Part shown: piece after piece, positions 10,270 to 23,670 of the stretch
Layout: the number at the start of each line of letters is the position of its first letter
Numbering within the stretch: position 1 is the first letter of the stretch
DNA from: Carcharhinus longimanus
Lineage: Eukaryota
Assembly (NCBI GenBank): GCA_030264375.1
Contig: JASCQW010000061.1
Span: 73,632,713-73,696,712 of the forward strand
Direction of reading: 5' to 3'
Length of the DNA: 64,000 nucleotides
The notes under the pieces: model-generated
What the model was told of the DNA's origin: nothing
The model's database searches: none
What the model saw: only the letters and a program-made list of their open reading frames with translations
Program-made: the position numbers and the translations under genes

Positions 10270-12770
10270 GGGAGCAGGAGGTCATCTTACCCTCAGAAAG
10301 AGGACCCCTTATCTTCCCACATAACTCTGCTGGCTAGATAGGTCAGTAACCATGGCATCCTGCAGTGCAGGGAATGAATGAATGATCTGCTGCATGCCAT
10401 CAAGGTAAGTGAAAATTCTACTCACTCAAACTCTCACACTCATAACTGCATCAGTAGCCTAATGTTTAGAGTCAACAGGGGGTCAACAGCACTGAACATC
10501 TGCCAGCAACTTTAAGACCACCATCTGATGTTGAATCTTGCTACTTCTTAATGGTTTGCTGGGGAGGGCTCGGCAGACACAACAGGCACGCAAGTTTCAG
10601 AACTGCTTTTTCACGGTGATGCTCACAAACAATCCATTTGTCTCTATGCAGAACAAGATTGCCTACAATGGATGGGAGAGAGCCAAGACTGGAGCGACTC
10701 GGACTTCCCAGAGCTCAGGACACTCTCCTCACATGAAGAGCAAGCAGCAGAGCTTGCTGGAGAGAACAGGGATTAATTCTGCATGAAGGTGAGATCAGCC
10801 TCCCCAAGTAAGCTAGTGAGGGTCCATCCAACACACATCAGACAAATGTGGACAATAACTTTGAGTGACCTATAGAGTAGAATCCTGTGGAGTCAATCAC
10901 TAACTATATGTTCTCTCTATTCCAGCCACCACAAAACAAGGCATGCACCTCAGCCCCAGACCCCAGAGCGCAGTGAAGAGATAGAGGAAGCATCTGAAGA
11001 AGATCCATCACTGCGTTCACCTGCACTTTCCACCAGCACGGATACATGCACCTCAGTGTCCTGGTTCTAGAGTAGGTCACAATCTGGTGATCACCTCACT
11101 GAGGCAGATCCACAGCTGGTGGAGGCAATGAAAGTCCAGTTCTCTGATAGTCAGGAGACTGCTGGAGACTCCAACAAACTTTGGAGTCTTTTCACCCAAT
11201 TTCACTTTGCAATTCCCATAATAATGTGATATAAATGTTTGGTTAAAGTTGTATTCATTGTTGGGCGTTATAACCTTTCATGCCTCCATGCAATATGATT
11301 GCATCTTCAGATTAAAGACTGAACCTTATTCCTTTATTAGTCCCCACTCTCCCCATGCATGACATTGAGCCACGACAGTTGATTCCACTCAGTGACATTT
11401 GAAATGTCTGCTCGAGGGGAATGAGTGTGCGCTGTCAGAGGTTTGTGCTCATCCTGATGAACCCGTCCACCTTGCTGTGAAGTTCATATCTTGCTTCTTT
11501 GCGACTGCCTAATGGTGCTTCATGGGATATCTTTGAGGTCACAGAATGCAAATCAACATGTAAATCATGGCATGAGCATGGTTTTATCGACTTAGGATTC
11601 CACGAAATTATTGGCCATTATGAGATAGACAGTGTGTTGGATTGTAATGGGATAAAGTGAGGCTCTGGTACAACTCCTGAGTGCTCAACAGTATCTATGA
11701 ATGGAATAAGTTATCACTGACTGCTGTGTCCAAACTACTGGGCCATGTTTCGCCAAAATGCCAAGGGAATGCAGGACGCAAACTTGGCAGGATGCAAACA
11801 AAAGTAGGGTCTGAGTGTTTGTCAATAATCACACGATGGTCCTGCTGAACTCCCCTCTATGTGGGCACTGCTGACCCAGCTCGCAGCTTTAACTGCATGA
11901 TGTTGTGTAATAAATCAATGCACCCTGATGTCCTATGGCGTCTTGGGGCCCGGTTTCAAGTTGCAGCCTCTGCATTAATCATATTTGAGAGCCTGCATTT
12001 GGAGAGATGGTGCTGTCCGGATGTAACTCCTTCTGGTGACGGTCCAGTGCTGACCACTAATAGATGTTTTTCCTCATTGAGTCACCTTGTTAAGCTGCTG
12101 TCATGCAGACATGAATGCTTCCAGGTGTTTCAGCCTTTTGAAGGATGCCGTAGTCATCAATTTGTTGGCACCACAGTTGCAAGTTGTTTGAAGATGTGTG
12201 CTTGTGAGGTATTAAACACATCCCACCGTGGCCACATGGTTCCCTGGCTATCGTGCCTTGCAAGGATGACCCCAGTGCTAGGGTTGAAGGTGATTGATGC
12301 TTCCTCAGTGAACATTGTGAGATTGTTGACATATTTGTGGCATATTAAAGATGAAAGTGAAGATGTTGTAGTGTCCCCCTCATCAAAGTGAAAAGAACTG
12401 CACTCGTAACCATTTACTTTCACCTTATTCCTTCTGGAATCTTGTAGCTATAAGTTGTCACGGGCATGTCTGCCACATTGTGCCAATGCAATGTTATCCT
12501 CCCAGGGGATGTCTAGCTCCTCTGTGTCTCCCTTAATGCACACCATTAGTAAAGGAGCCATGTTCATTCATTATACAGTACACCCTCAAGTTCAGCGCTC
12601 AGCTGAGCCATGCTCTCCATGGTTTGAACAGGATAATTATAGGGCACCCCTTTAATCAGCCAAGATTAGCTGTGCTCAACACCTCGAGACCCTCCCTGGC
12701 CATTTTTTTTTCCCAGCTTGTTTTCCGAGTGGTATTTTTGTAAGGTCAGCTCAAAAATGGTGCTTCTGAC
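10270..12770. mobile_element. PIF/Harbinger remnant 2
   Basis: Myb-partner exon CAG|NKIAYNGWERAKTG..|GTAAG at ~10650-10806 on +; transposase-like C-terminus IALAQCGRHARDNL.ATRFQKE* on - ending ~12425. Confidence 0.6.
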
Positions 12771-13084
12771 CTTTGTTCAGAAGACCAGCTTCCAACTTTC
12801 CCTTATCACTGAACAAGTCCCTCCCAAATTCCTCCATCTTCACCAGTCCTAATTCCGCTTTGTCCCATTGCTGTCCAGCTTCCTTCATTATCCTTGAAAC
12901 CATCACCATCCACATAGATATTTCTGGTCTTCCACCTGAACCCTTTAATGTTGTTGTTCCCCCATATCCTTCATCAATCTGACCCCTCTCTTTTTCAAAA
13001 CAATATGTACCTTGACTTTCTGGGACCCCCCGATATAGATCAGTAGGAAACTCGAACCGCCTTTAATCCACCTTCAAAGTCAGA

Positions 13085-13265
13085 AGATAAAAATTCCAAA
13101 CTAATTTCTTGTTGGAGTGAAACTGACATTTTACATCACGCCAGAATTTGTGCCCTCACTCCATCCACCACCCGCCCCCCAACTCCATTCCCCCCCCACC
13201 CCCCCGACACACACACACACACACACCATGATTTCCAATGCTGGTAAGAGTGGAAAATTCCACCC
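13085..13265. mobile_element. Harbinger-type MITE with short (CA)n
   Basis: GAGTGAAACTGAC and C-rich core similar to MITE 36060-36268; ends AAAATTCCACCC. Confidence 0.45.
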
Positions 13266-13359
13266 ATCAATCCTGGATATTTTTTGGACTAGAGGAAGAT
13301 TTGTGGTGGAGTCCCCTGGGGTAAATTGTTGGGACTCTTACTTTTCTTAATATATACTA

Positions 13360-14632
13360 ATGAGCCAGAACTTGGTGCACAGGGCACAATTTCAAAGTTG
13401 CAAAACTTAGAAGCAGTGTGAACTGTGAGGAAGACAGTGTAGAATTTCAAAATGACATAGATACATTGGTGGGCTGGGGAGGACAGGTGGCAAATGGAAT
13501 TCAATGCAGAGAAATGTGAAGTGATTCATTTTGATAAGAAAAACATAGAAAGACAATGCAAAATAAAGGGTACAACTCTAAAGGGGGTAGAGGAGCAGAG
13601 AGACCTGGATGTATGTATGCATAAGTTATTAAAAATATTAGGATCGGTTGAGAGAGTGGTTAAAAAACTGTATGTATTTTTTATTATTAATTCGTGGGAC
13701 ATGGGCGTCACTGGTTGGCCATCCCTAGTTACCCTTGGAGAGTGGTTGAGAGTCAGCCACATTGCTGTGTCTCTGGAGTTACATGTAGGCCTGACCAGGT
13801 AAGGATGGCAGCATTCCTTCCCTAAAAGACATTAGTGAACCAGATGGGTTTTTCTGACAATCAGCAATGGTTTCCTAGACATCAGTAGATTCTTAATTCC
13901 AATTTTTTTAAAATTGAATTTAGATTCCACCATCTGCCTTGGTGAGATTCAAACCCAGGCCTCCAGAACATTAGCTGAGTTTCTGGATTAATAGTCCAGC
14001 AAAAACGCCACTAGGCCAACGTCTCCACATTCCAGCCTTTATTAATAAGGGCGTAGAGTACAAACACAAGGTTATGTTGAACTTTTATAAGACACTAGTT
14101 TGGCCTCAGTTAGAGTATTGCATCCAGTTCTGGAGTTCAGATTTTAAGAAGGATATGAACGCATTGAGGACAATGCAGAAAAGATTAATGTGAGCGATTC
14201 TTGCGATGAGGATCATCGGTTATGAAGATAGTTAGTTTTCCTTGAAGAAAAAAGTCTGAGAAGAGATTTGATGGCGGTATTCAAAATCATGAGGGTATTT
14301 GGACAGAGTACATGGGAAGAAATTGTATTCACTCATGAAAGGATCAAGAGTGAAAAGGCACAGATTTAAAATAATCAGCGAAAGTGAAAGAGATTTTATT
14401 TCATGAAGTGAGTGGTTAAGGTCTGGAATGTACTGCCTGAGAGTGCGTTGAAAGCAGGTTTTATCGAGGCTTTCCAAAGGGAATTAGACTTATTCGGAAA
14501 GAAACAATTTGCAGGGTTTTGAGGAAAAGGCAAGAGAATGGCATTAAATAAATTGTTCATTTGGAGAGCCAGTCCAAACAAAATGAGCCAAATGGCCTTC
14601 TTTTGCGCTGTATAATTTCTCTAATTCTGTGA
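13360..14632 (+). mobile_element. CR1 LINE 3' part (RT C-terminus + tail), interrupted by a SINE
   Basis: WQMEFNAEKCEVIHF..GVEEQRDL, YKTLVWPQLEYCIQFW, VVKVWNVLPE; tail AAATGGCCTTCTTTTGCGCTGTA. Confidence 0.9.
13677..14026 (-). mobile_element. tRNA-derived SINE with CR1-type tail (non-V family)
   Basis: Reverse complement: GGAGACGTTGGCCTAGTGG head, GGTTTGAATC B box, CCCATCTGGTTCACTAATGTC core, AAGGGTAACTAGGGATGG..GACGCCCATGTCCCACGAAT tail like CR1 57142-57755. Confidence 0.8.
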
Positions 14633-15630
14633 GGTAAGTGTCCTGTCAAGATTCCATTAAAGGGTTCACCAAATGTCAATATGGGTTGAGTGGACCAGGC
14701 TTAATTTTGAACTTTGGATAGCCTGCAACCTGACAGGTGTGACTGGTCTTGCAGAATTCAGCCATGTTGGACTGCAGGTGGGACCAGAAAAAAAATGCCT
14801 ACTTATTTGTGTGAGGGCCTTGTGGACACGCACATGTGCAACCTTTGGAATGGCATAGGCAATTTGTAAGAGCCTTATAGTACTCTGGGGCCGTATCAAC
14901 TGTTGGAGAACTGCCCACTCCTCTTCTGCAGGTCTCCCAGTCTCCATCTCTGCATTACTACTTAGTCTCTCAGGTAATAGCACTCTGGAATCTTGGTGAC
15001 TTTTGCCTCAGAGCAGAAAGTCTGTGCGTTAGATCAGAGTCTGTCTGCTGCATTTTAATTAAGGAAGCTCAACTGAACACATTTTCCAATTTCTTTCAAG
15101 TTCTCAAAGAAGGATTCATCTAGCAAGATTTCTGGTTCGATTAACTCTGGCTTTCCAATACTGAAACTTATCTGCCCAGTTTATGATTGGGTCACTACTA
15201 AGTTTGGGAAGATCCTCAGGACTTCCTCCTGTTATTGTTTTGCTTCTCCTTTCTCACACGGTTGGTCCAGGATTATGGTGGGTGCTACCATCTTACAGTC
15301 AGCCAAGTCATTACCAAGCGGAGAATCTATCCTGGCAATCTGTAGCTCAGGGACAATCCCTAAAGGGTTGGCCCAGAAACTAGATAACAAAAAGAGGGAA
15401 ACTGACATGTACCCTGCTCCAGGCCTGATTAGCACCTTGATATTCCTGGAGCTTTCTTGGGGAAGTATCAGGTACTTCTAACCCCACCCCCAACTCTTCC
15501 CCCATCTCCCCAATCCTACCCCATGGTTATTTAATAAAAAATTTTCCAGAGGCTCAAGCCAGGAATTGCTAAGGTTACCTGGTTTTTGGCAGCCATCATA
15601 GCAGTCTGGTTGGAGTCCATTCTAAAATAA

Positions 15631-16090
15631 GGGTAAGCTTTCTCCATGGTGGCCTTCAAGACACATGATGACGCAGAATCGCTGAGCAGAAACTGATAGC
15701 CAACCTCCGCATGCATGAGGACGGCCTCAACCGGGATCTCGGATTCATGTCACACTACATGTAACCCCCACCATTTGTCCTAGGCTTGCAAAATCCTACT
15801 AACTGTCCTGGATTGAGACAATTCACACTTCTTTAACCTGAGATTATCCCTCTTTCCACTCATACTACCTGTACCTGAAAAGACTTGATTACCTGTAGAC
15901 TCACATTCCAACCAATATCTTGCAATTGTGTGTCTGTCTATATATGCCATGTTTGTGAACCCACCTCTCCACCCACCTGATGAAGGACCTGTGCTCTGAA
16001 AGCTCATGATTTGAAATAAACCTGCTGGACTTTAAACTGGCGTGAGACTTCTTATTGTGCCCACTTCAGTCCAACACCGACTTCTCCACT
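15631..16090 (+). mobile_element. Penelope-like element 3' end: GIY-YIG C-terminus, 3' UTR/pLTR, tail
   Basis: GGLQDT..RRIAEQKLIANLRMHEDGLNRDLGFMSHYM*; hammerhead motif 15974-16008; AATAAA ~16015. Confidence 0.88.
15974..16008 (+). ncRNA. Minimal type-I hammerhead ribozyme motif (core intact, stems eroded)
   Basis: CAC-CTGATGA-AGGACCTGTGCTCT-GAAAGCTC-ATG. Confidence 0.6.
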
Positions 16091-16102
16091 NNNNNNNNNN
16101 NN

Positions 16103-16203
16103 ATGTGCAAACTCCACACAGGCAGTGACCCAAGCTGGGAATCGAACCCAGCTCCCTGGAGCTGTGAAGCAGCAGTGCTAACCACTGTGCTACCGTGCCG
16201 CCC
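16103..16203 (-). mobile_element. HE1 V-SINE 5' part next to a gap
   Basis: GCAAACTCCACAC..GAATCGAACCCAG..GCTAACCACTGTGCTACCGTGCCGCCC. Confidence 0.88.
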
Positions 16204-16441
16204 ACATATAGTGTTAGATTAAACTTCCATCAGTACTAAAGTTCTGCATGATTTCAGATTTCCCTTACTCAACCCAAATATTAATGACTATGTTATGATG
16301 CTGGTCCAGATATCCAAGTTTTTGGTAAGATCAGCTTTAGGGACCAACAATGTTTTGTTTAAAGTGAACAAAGTTTGAGATTGATAAGAGAATCAAGCCA
16401 CAAGATTCCACATGTTTTGAGTGTAAAAAAAACTTTACTAT

Positions 16442-17112
16442 GGCCTGAATTATCAGCACCTGCCTAATGAATCCCTACCAGCTCTGACAGGCCCACTGCC
16501 ATTTTGCACTCAATTGCCATTGATTGGCAGCAGGCACTGTCTGTCCTTGGACAGAATTCCTGCCTTGGAGAGCTGGCAACCAATCAGGCAATCTCCAACC
16601 CCTCCAGTTGCCAGAAGATGCACTGCAGTGCAAGACCTGAGCCTATGTCCCAGGACCACACTTCAGATACGTACCAGAAATCCTGGGGATGGAAGGGTGG
16701 GGAATCCCCTGGAGGACTTGGAAGGGGAGGCAATCTCGGTGACGAGTAGTAGGAGGGAGGCCAGAGCTCCCAGGTCCCTGAGAGGAGGACAACCCAAATC
16801 TGAGGGACCTTCAGATTGAAGCACCCACACACCCCTACCTGGGGGTGAAATTTTTTTCTATGTGGGACTCTGATCTAACTAGTGCCTGCCAGCCTAAAGA
16901 TTGAGGCTGGATGGGAAAAGGTCTTTAAATGGCCATTTAAGGGTGTTAATAGGGCATGAATGGGCTTTCCATCATAGGTCACGCCTTCCTACCATTAAAT
17001 TGAATCTGAATTGGGGTGGGATCACAGAATGAATCCCTTCCATGCAATTTTACACTCCCCCCACTGCCTCAGAACTGCCGGGAGTGGAATGAGGTAGCAT
17101 AAAATGCTGACC
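16442..17112. mobile_element. Non-autonomous Harbinger-type element
   Basis: Ends GGCCTGAATTAT / ATAAAATGCTGACC; internal GAGAGCTGGCAACCAATCAG similar to ~4880-4900. Confidence 0.55.
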
Positions 17113-20100
17113 TTTTTGTCAGAAAGATAAAATAATTCACAATATCTAACTTATAATCTGACATTCAGTGTTAATATGTGAATTAAGAGGTAAACTGTGG
17201 CCAAACACATCACACTGTACAAGTGACCAAGTTAGATTCTACAGATTTTTCAAAAACTCTCCCAGACATCAGTAACCAATGTGAGTAAACCAACCTCAAT
17301 TGGTCTGTCTTCCTCATGGTTGGTGCCAAACCTTTCACTTTTGATTAAGCCTCTGAATTTCCTCAAAGTCGCTTGGATTGCCTCAACATTTGCACACCTC
17401 CTGGGTTTCAATGTCAGCTCCCAAGATTTCCAATTTATACTCTAACCTTTACTAACTGACACAATTGACTGGTCTGGCACTGTCCCTGGATTTCACCCAG
17501 CTCCAATCTCCCCAGTACACCAAGCTCCCAGGATTTCCTCTGAGCCTTAATTAACCCTTTCCAGCACAGAGCCAGTGACCTTCTGCCATCTCTGAGCTTC
17601 CCAGGACTTCTCCTGAGCCCTACCAGCACAGAGCTATTAAACATCTCCTGGGACTTTGCCTGAGCCCCATCTACGTACATTTTTGCTGTCTGGAGCCTGC
17701 CAACAGTAGTAGTTTCTCGGTATAGCCTTTTCCCTTGCTGCAGAATACTTACTCTCCCAGCAAACACAGAGAAATATTGAAATCCTAGAATTTTCTTGAG
17801 CTCCACCCATCTCTGTGACAATATAACTTTCCAGGGCTCACTGAATGCTTTAAAATTAATTGTAGCTTTAGTTCCCAAGTCAACTTCTGGGCTGCATTTA
17901 TTTGCAAGCAGTGTAGAAACTGCGCCTTCAATTCTCAAGCTAAGTAAGTCCACCTGCTGTTTTATAATCTTGCATTTTTAGCCATTAACCCCTTAAGTAA
18001 AGATGCTCTAACCATTTTAGTGTAATAGCCTTTAAGCTGCTTTAGTTGCATTTATCCCATTTTGTACTGTTAACTTTAATCTTTTCAGAACTAAAAATTA
18101 CATCTAAAATATTACCGTGACCCTTGAACCATGTATTTCCAATAAAATGCACATCTTTCCAATAACATTTTGTTATATTACCTTGCAGTTGTGTATGTTA
18201 TTTAAATTATTAAACTTAGCTCAAAGAACTGCCACTGCCTCCACCCTCACTCCATTATTCTGCTGCAAAATTTTGGTAATGTTCCAGACTGCCAGCAAGG
18301 TTTCCCACAATTATCAACTATTAATTGTCATCTAGTGTCCAATTTATCTTTTCATTCTTTCGGCATTGCAAAATCTCTTTTAACATGCATTGCATCTCTT
18401 CACGAGCACTCTAGTTCTATTGGTAAGCAGGTTCACTATGAACTAGTCATTGGAACTCACTATCTGCAGAGGTCTCCACTTGTTCGGCAGTGTTTTCAGT
18501 GAAACAAATTTCAGTGCATGCATTCTTAGCTGTGGTCATACTGCACTTACCTTCATTTTTGCATAAGTTCTACCTGATGGATTTATTTCAGTGGGAATAG
18601 GGAAACTAAAACTATCTTTCACCCAAATGTAGCTCCTTTTACTTTGCTCGTTCAGTCATCCCATTTGAAAATTTTAATTGGGATGTAGTGAATTATGCAT
18701 TTCAACATTGTATGCAGCATGATAATACCTTCAGTTATCTTCTGTGCCCCTTGTTATCCATTGCGTTCCTCTTGCAGCATTATAATGTCAGCATTAGCAT
18801 TTTTTAACAGATTAACAACTGAATTACACCATGTCCAGAAGTTTCTCATACACAACTCCTAAAAAAGTAATAATTGCTATTTGTATCATCTTGAAACATC
18901 TTAGCTTTGCGTGAAGAACGTGTTTTGCAGAAACCACTGAGATGTGGTTTGTGCAATATTATCTAGATATGACCATCCATTCAGACTTATTCCTATCATA
19001 AAAATATGTATATTGATTAGATCAGCTATAGATTCTCTGCACCTTCTGAGACCTGTGATTCATATCTAACTCTAAAGGCACCTTCCTTATCCTCATGATA
19101 TAGCTTCAGATGTGAGTCCAGACAATGGGGAATGCTACAATAAACCATAAAAGACCTGAAGACAACACCAATCATGCTCTTAGCTAATGTCAAAACAAGT
19201 ACAACAAGGGTCATTGGTTGGCAATCAGCAGAAAAGCCTTGGCTAAAATCCTCCGTCCTAGTTCTTTCAACCTAGTAAAAAACATAGGAAAAAGAATGTG
19301 TTCATAAATCCACCAAGAAAAGGTGCTTCTTTGTTTCTACTAATGCAATGGACATGAATTTGCTGTTTGTTGTACGATCACTCTTTATTCTATTACTACT
19401 GTGCATCTTCCTGAAATGTGATTGCTTAAGGAAAGCTAGAATTGTTGAGTCTCCGAAAAGTGCTATTGTATCAGTTGTGGATATTAGCCATCTTATCTGC
19501 TGAAGAGAAAAAGATTTTTAAAAATGCAAAATCATCACACTATGACACATTCACCTATAAACTGTCATGTTTGCATTATGAATGAGGGGAAAGGGAAGCC
19601 CAATAGCTCTGATGGTAGTGTGTGAGTCTCATTGCTGGGAGGCTTGTGCTCAGACACCAGTCACAATCTGTCATGCTTCCCTCAGTGTGGGAGTTTCATT
19701 ATCTATCAGCCAAGCTGTTAGATTGAGCATTTCACAACAACCATGAGGGAAAGAAATGAACAGAACTATTCCTAACATACAAAAATTCACCACCTCTTGG
19801 CACAATGAAGCCACACTGGTGATAGGTGGAGAGAGGAACACTGTAGAGTTGCAGGGGATGAAAAATGGGTTTAACTGAGGAAAATATAACCCAACAAGTG
19901 TCCTCCTTTGCAAAAGACTTTGGTGGATCCCCAGTTATTATTCACATAACCCTCAAGGGAAACAATGCCTCATGTGTGAATAAAATGTTCTGTATCAAAT
20001 GCCTTGCTAATCTTATTCCACAGAGACTGAAAACATCTATTTGCTAATCTGCACACATAGAAATAATGTTTTCATCAGGAGCATTTCAGCAAATATTCAG

Positions 20101-20141
20101 TAAAGGCTGCATGAGAAAGTTTTGTGGATCTGAAATTGTCT

Positions 20142-20275
20142 TTTTTTTTCATTTGAAGGCATCGCTGGCTGACCAGCATTTATTGCCCATCCCTAGTTCC
20201 CCTTAAGAAGGTGGTGGTGAGCTGCCTTCTTGAAACACTGCAGTCCATATGCTATGGGTTGACCCACAATGCCAT
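20142..20275 (-). mobile_element. CR1 3' tail
   Basis: CCAGCATTTATTGCCCATCCCTAGTT..GAAGGTGGTGGTGAGCTGCCTTCTTGAA is the reverse of the tail at 57600-57750. Confidence 0.85.
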
Positions 20276-23160
20276 GAGATTGTGCTTGGTAGAGTTCGTT
20301 GTTTGAATGCTACAGGTTTTGTTCGGGAGCCAAAATGGTGACTCATGTACATGCATGTGCACATCATCTGAGAACTGCACCGGGTAACAGTTTGGTGAGG
20401 GCATGAGTATCTATGCAGCTAACATCACCGGAAGTATGCAGAGCAGACAGAATAAATTCAATCACTGTGTAACCAGCGCTATTTAAAGGAATCAACATTA
20501 CTTACAGATTAGTTACTGGATGAGTTCTGTTGCCGGGATTCGACATGTGTTTGGTGCTTTCCATGGCTCTTTCATGTCGCAAAGATCTACAGGAAGTGGT
20601 ATGACAGGTGCGAGAGGACATTTTGCTGGTTCAAGGTTGCTGCACAAGCAAATTGCTCACAGACATGGTTGCATGAGTTGGCATTCATCTTGGAATACAG
20701 AATGAATGGGAGACTAAACAGAGGCCAAGGGGGCAGGACAATCTGCTAGAAGGTCGAGGTCGGGGTGGTGTAGATGAGAAGGGAGATGTGTTCTCAGCTG
20801 GAGACCATGTCCATGATGATTGCTCAGGAAGTAATTTTCTTAATAATACTTTAGCACTGATCAATTCTTGAGACAGCGGTTCTTCTCTGACCTGAAACTC
20901 AGTGATGGACAATGTGCGAGACATCTGTGCTCAGTAAGGACATTTAGCTGAAATCTAACACCTGATGCAGTTATAACTGCTATCTTGCCAGTGGCTATGA
21001 AGGTGACTATGGCTATGAACTTTTATGTGTCTGAATCCTTCGAGGCTAGTGCTGGAGATATTTACAACATCTGACTAGCTGACAGGCAACAGCAAAAGCA
21101 TTGGCACTGTAGCTGTCGCAGGAATTTGAACATCGTAATCTGAGAGACAACAGGTCCATGCTCCAGTGCACTATTGTCATTGGCCTGTCATGACACTTCA
21201 GAAATCCTCCTGATCTGTGCAAGGCAGGCAGACATTACTGGACTCACTGAGAACCGCTAAATCCCTTTGAGAATTGGCAACTGCAGACCTGACGGCAGCA
21301 GTTCAAGTTTTCATGGAAGCAAGTTGATTTTGCATAACCTCAATTTTACCTTCTACTGCATGACTCAGATACTGGGTGCTGCAATGGAAGTTGTAACATT
21401 GGCCATCAAACATTGCATTATGGCTGCATCCACAATGGTGTTCATGGAGTTGGTCACCACTTCCAAACTGGAAAGGTTGGGCTCTGAACTCGCCGCAGAA
21501 ACATGTGTCATATTGGTGCCAACTCTTCATGCTCCTTGAACATGACAACGGGCCTTCTGGTGGACCTAAAATGCACCAAATTGTCCATGTCCATCAGCTT
21601 TTTTCAGTACCTTGTCCCTTTGAAGCCCTCATCTAAGTTCTCTACAGCAGAAATGTTGTGAAACCTCATTTTCTGGGAAGCAGATATCTGCATGATTCTT
21701 TCTCCTTTTCTTGGCTGTAGGCTACTTGTACCCAGTGATCCAGTATCTTACCAGGTCCAATCTCAATGCTACACTCTAAAGAATACTGTGTCAATAGCTG
21801 AGCAATTTGATACAGATCGAGTAAGTGACTGTGTTTCATCTTCATCATCTTTTACTCTTGTCTGGAACAAGCTGTCAGATGTAGTAGTACATCTGACGGG
21901 TACAATTTTTCTTTTAAAAAACATTTAGGCAGTTACATGGGTAAGATGGGTATAGACGGATATGGGCCAAATGTGGGCAATTGGGACCAGTTTAATGGTT
22001 AAAAAGAAAAGGGTGCCATGGACAAGTTGGGCCAAAGGACCTGTTTCCATGCTGTAAATCTCTATGACTCTATGATTCTACTTTACTTGGACTTCATGCT
22101 CCCAGTCTATTACCTGGCCTAGTGGCAGCTCTTGAGTATCTGAAAAGAGAAGTGCGTTGGAGTGGATCTGTGGTGAAGGGATCAGGGTTAGGGCCTGGAC
22201 TGGGTGGAAAGGGGATGTAAGAGATGGATGCTTCTGTCATCTGCAGCGTGTGGATTAGAAGGGAGTGTGTGATGAGGTCACACCGATGTTGACAAGCACC
22301 ACCTCTTCCATCAGAGGTGATGGTATGTGGCTGTGCTTGTCTCCCATCCATTGTGTGTTGCAGTCTGTGGTTATGTCCTGCAGGGGAGGGAAGGGTGCAG
22401 TGAGTCTGGTGCAATGCTCTTGGTTGCTCTAGTTGGATAGCTGGCAGCGTGTGCAAACTTTGAGTTGCGGATATGAATCACCCAGCTGCATGAAGTGTGT
22501 AAGGATGAGATAAGGCAAGGAACATTGGGAATGAATTGTAACAGATAGAGAATGTTAGTAAGTGAGTGTGGAAATGGTGAATGGAGTGAATGGAGCTGTG
22601 TATGAGACTAGTAGTTTGTTTGTAAGGATTTGACATTTGAAGATGCATGCTCTTGCCTTGACCACTCATGTGAGGTCATTGAATTTCTTCTTGAATTTCT
22701 TACACCAAGGTCCTTGGGGCTCGATTCCTTGCATTGACACAGATGGCTATCAGCTCCCATCCCCTTCCCAGTGTGTGTTTGTGGAGCCTCTTAGCTCTCT
22801 TTGTCCAGGCAACCTCTATCCTTCTCTGCACACCAAGGTCTCCAGCATTGCATTGGAGAATGTTGGAATATGTTCTCTTCCCTGTGGAGCCATTCTCACG
22901 TTTCTTCGTGCTCAGAATGTCTTCCAATGCCAGTGGCAGTCAAAATGCAGTGTCCCTTTAAGAGGTACAGACAACTTTTAAATAGTGAAGGTCTTTCACA
23001 TAAACACGGACTCCTGCTGAGGCGTGCAGCCATTCAGCAGAATGTTTAGCACAAGGTTGCATGCTGCTGCCACTTAAATTAACAGACAGCATGAAGTTTG
23101 TGAGCAGACACATCAAAGTCCACGTGCCCGTATTCAGGCCTTGTCCAATTTTTTTGTTCC
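20276..23160. mobile_element. PIF/Harbinger remnant 3 (transposase N-terminus on +, Myb/SANT gene on -)
   Basis: + ~20870-21072 LSDGQCARHL..LPVAMKVTMAMNFYVSESFEASAGDIYNI; - ~22655-22930 WELIAICVNARNRAPRT..KKKFNDLT. Confidence 0.85.
21922..22081 (+). mobile_element. CR1 3' end nested in Harbinger 3
   Basis: GGATATGGGCCAAATG..GGACAAGTTGGGCCAAAGGACCTGTTTCCATGCTGTA..CTATGACTCTATGATTCTA. Confidence 0.85.
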
Positions 23161-23670
23161 ATGGATTTTTCAGCACTCAGTGAATTAAACAAGCTTCCTG
23201 CAATCCAACTATTTATCGATACTGCTTGCATGCTCTACATGTCGGTGAATAGAGGACAAGTCCGTTAATCATACATTAGCAAATACAATACTAACTTCTT
23301 TACAAAGCCCATGCCAAATTTATCATATGCTGTGCATAATATGAAACCAGAATTAATTTCCTTCCCTTTCATCATTTGAATGATAGTCAAATCAACTCTA
23401 TTTATAATGATTTTAACTGACTAACATAAATGTCTAGCTAATATGTTGTAATTTTGTTTTGGACAGTCCTATAAATTTCTGCTGCCAAATCATATTCAGA
23501 TTATCTGCAATGATTTTCAAAATGTATTACAGAATAATTTAAAACAAGTTGCAGAAGTGTACATTCCCAGCCTGGCTGAAGGTTTAGTTCTGTCAGAATT
23601 AACCCCAAAATGTAAGATGAGACTTTTGAACTCTACTGACTGACAGCATAACTGGCTAGCAATGGAGAGA

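Noticed and set aside
17435-17953. 172-aa minus-strand ORF
   Set aside because: No recognisable domain or exon structure; likely chance or an antisense TE relic.
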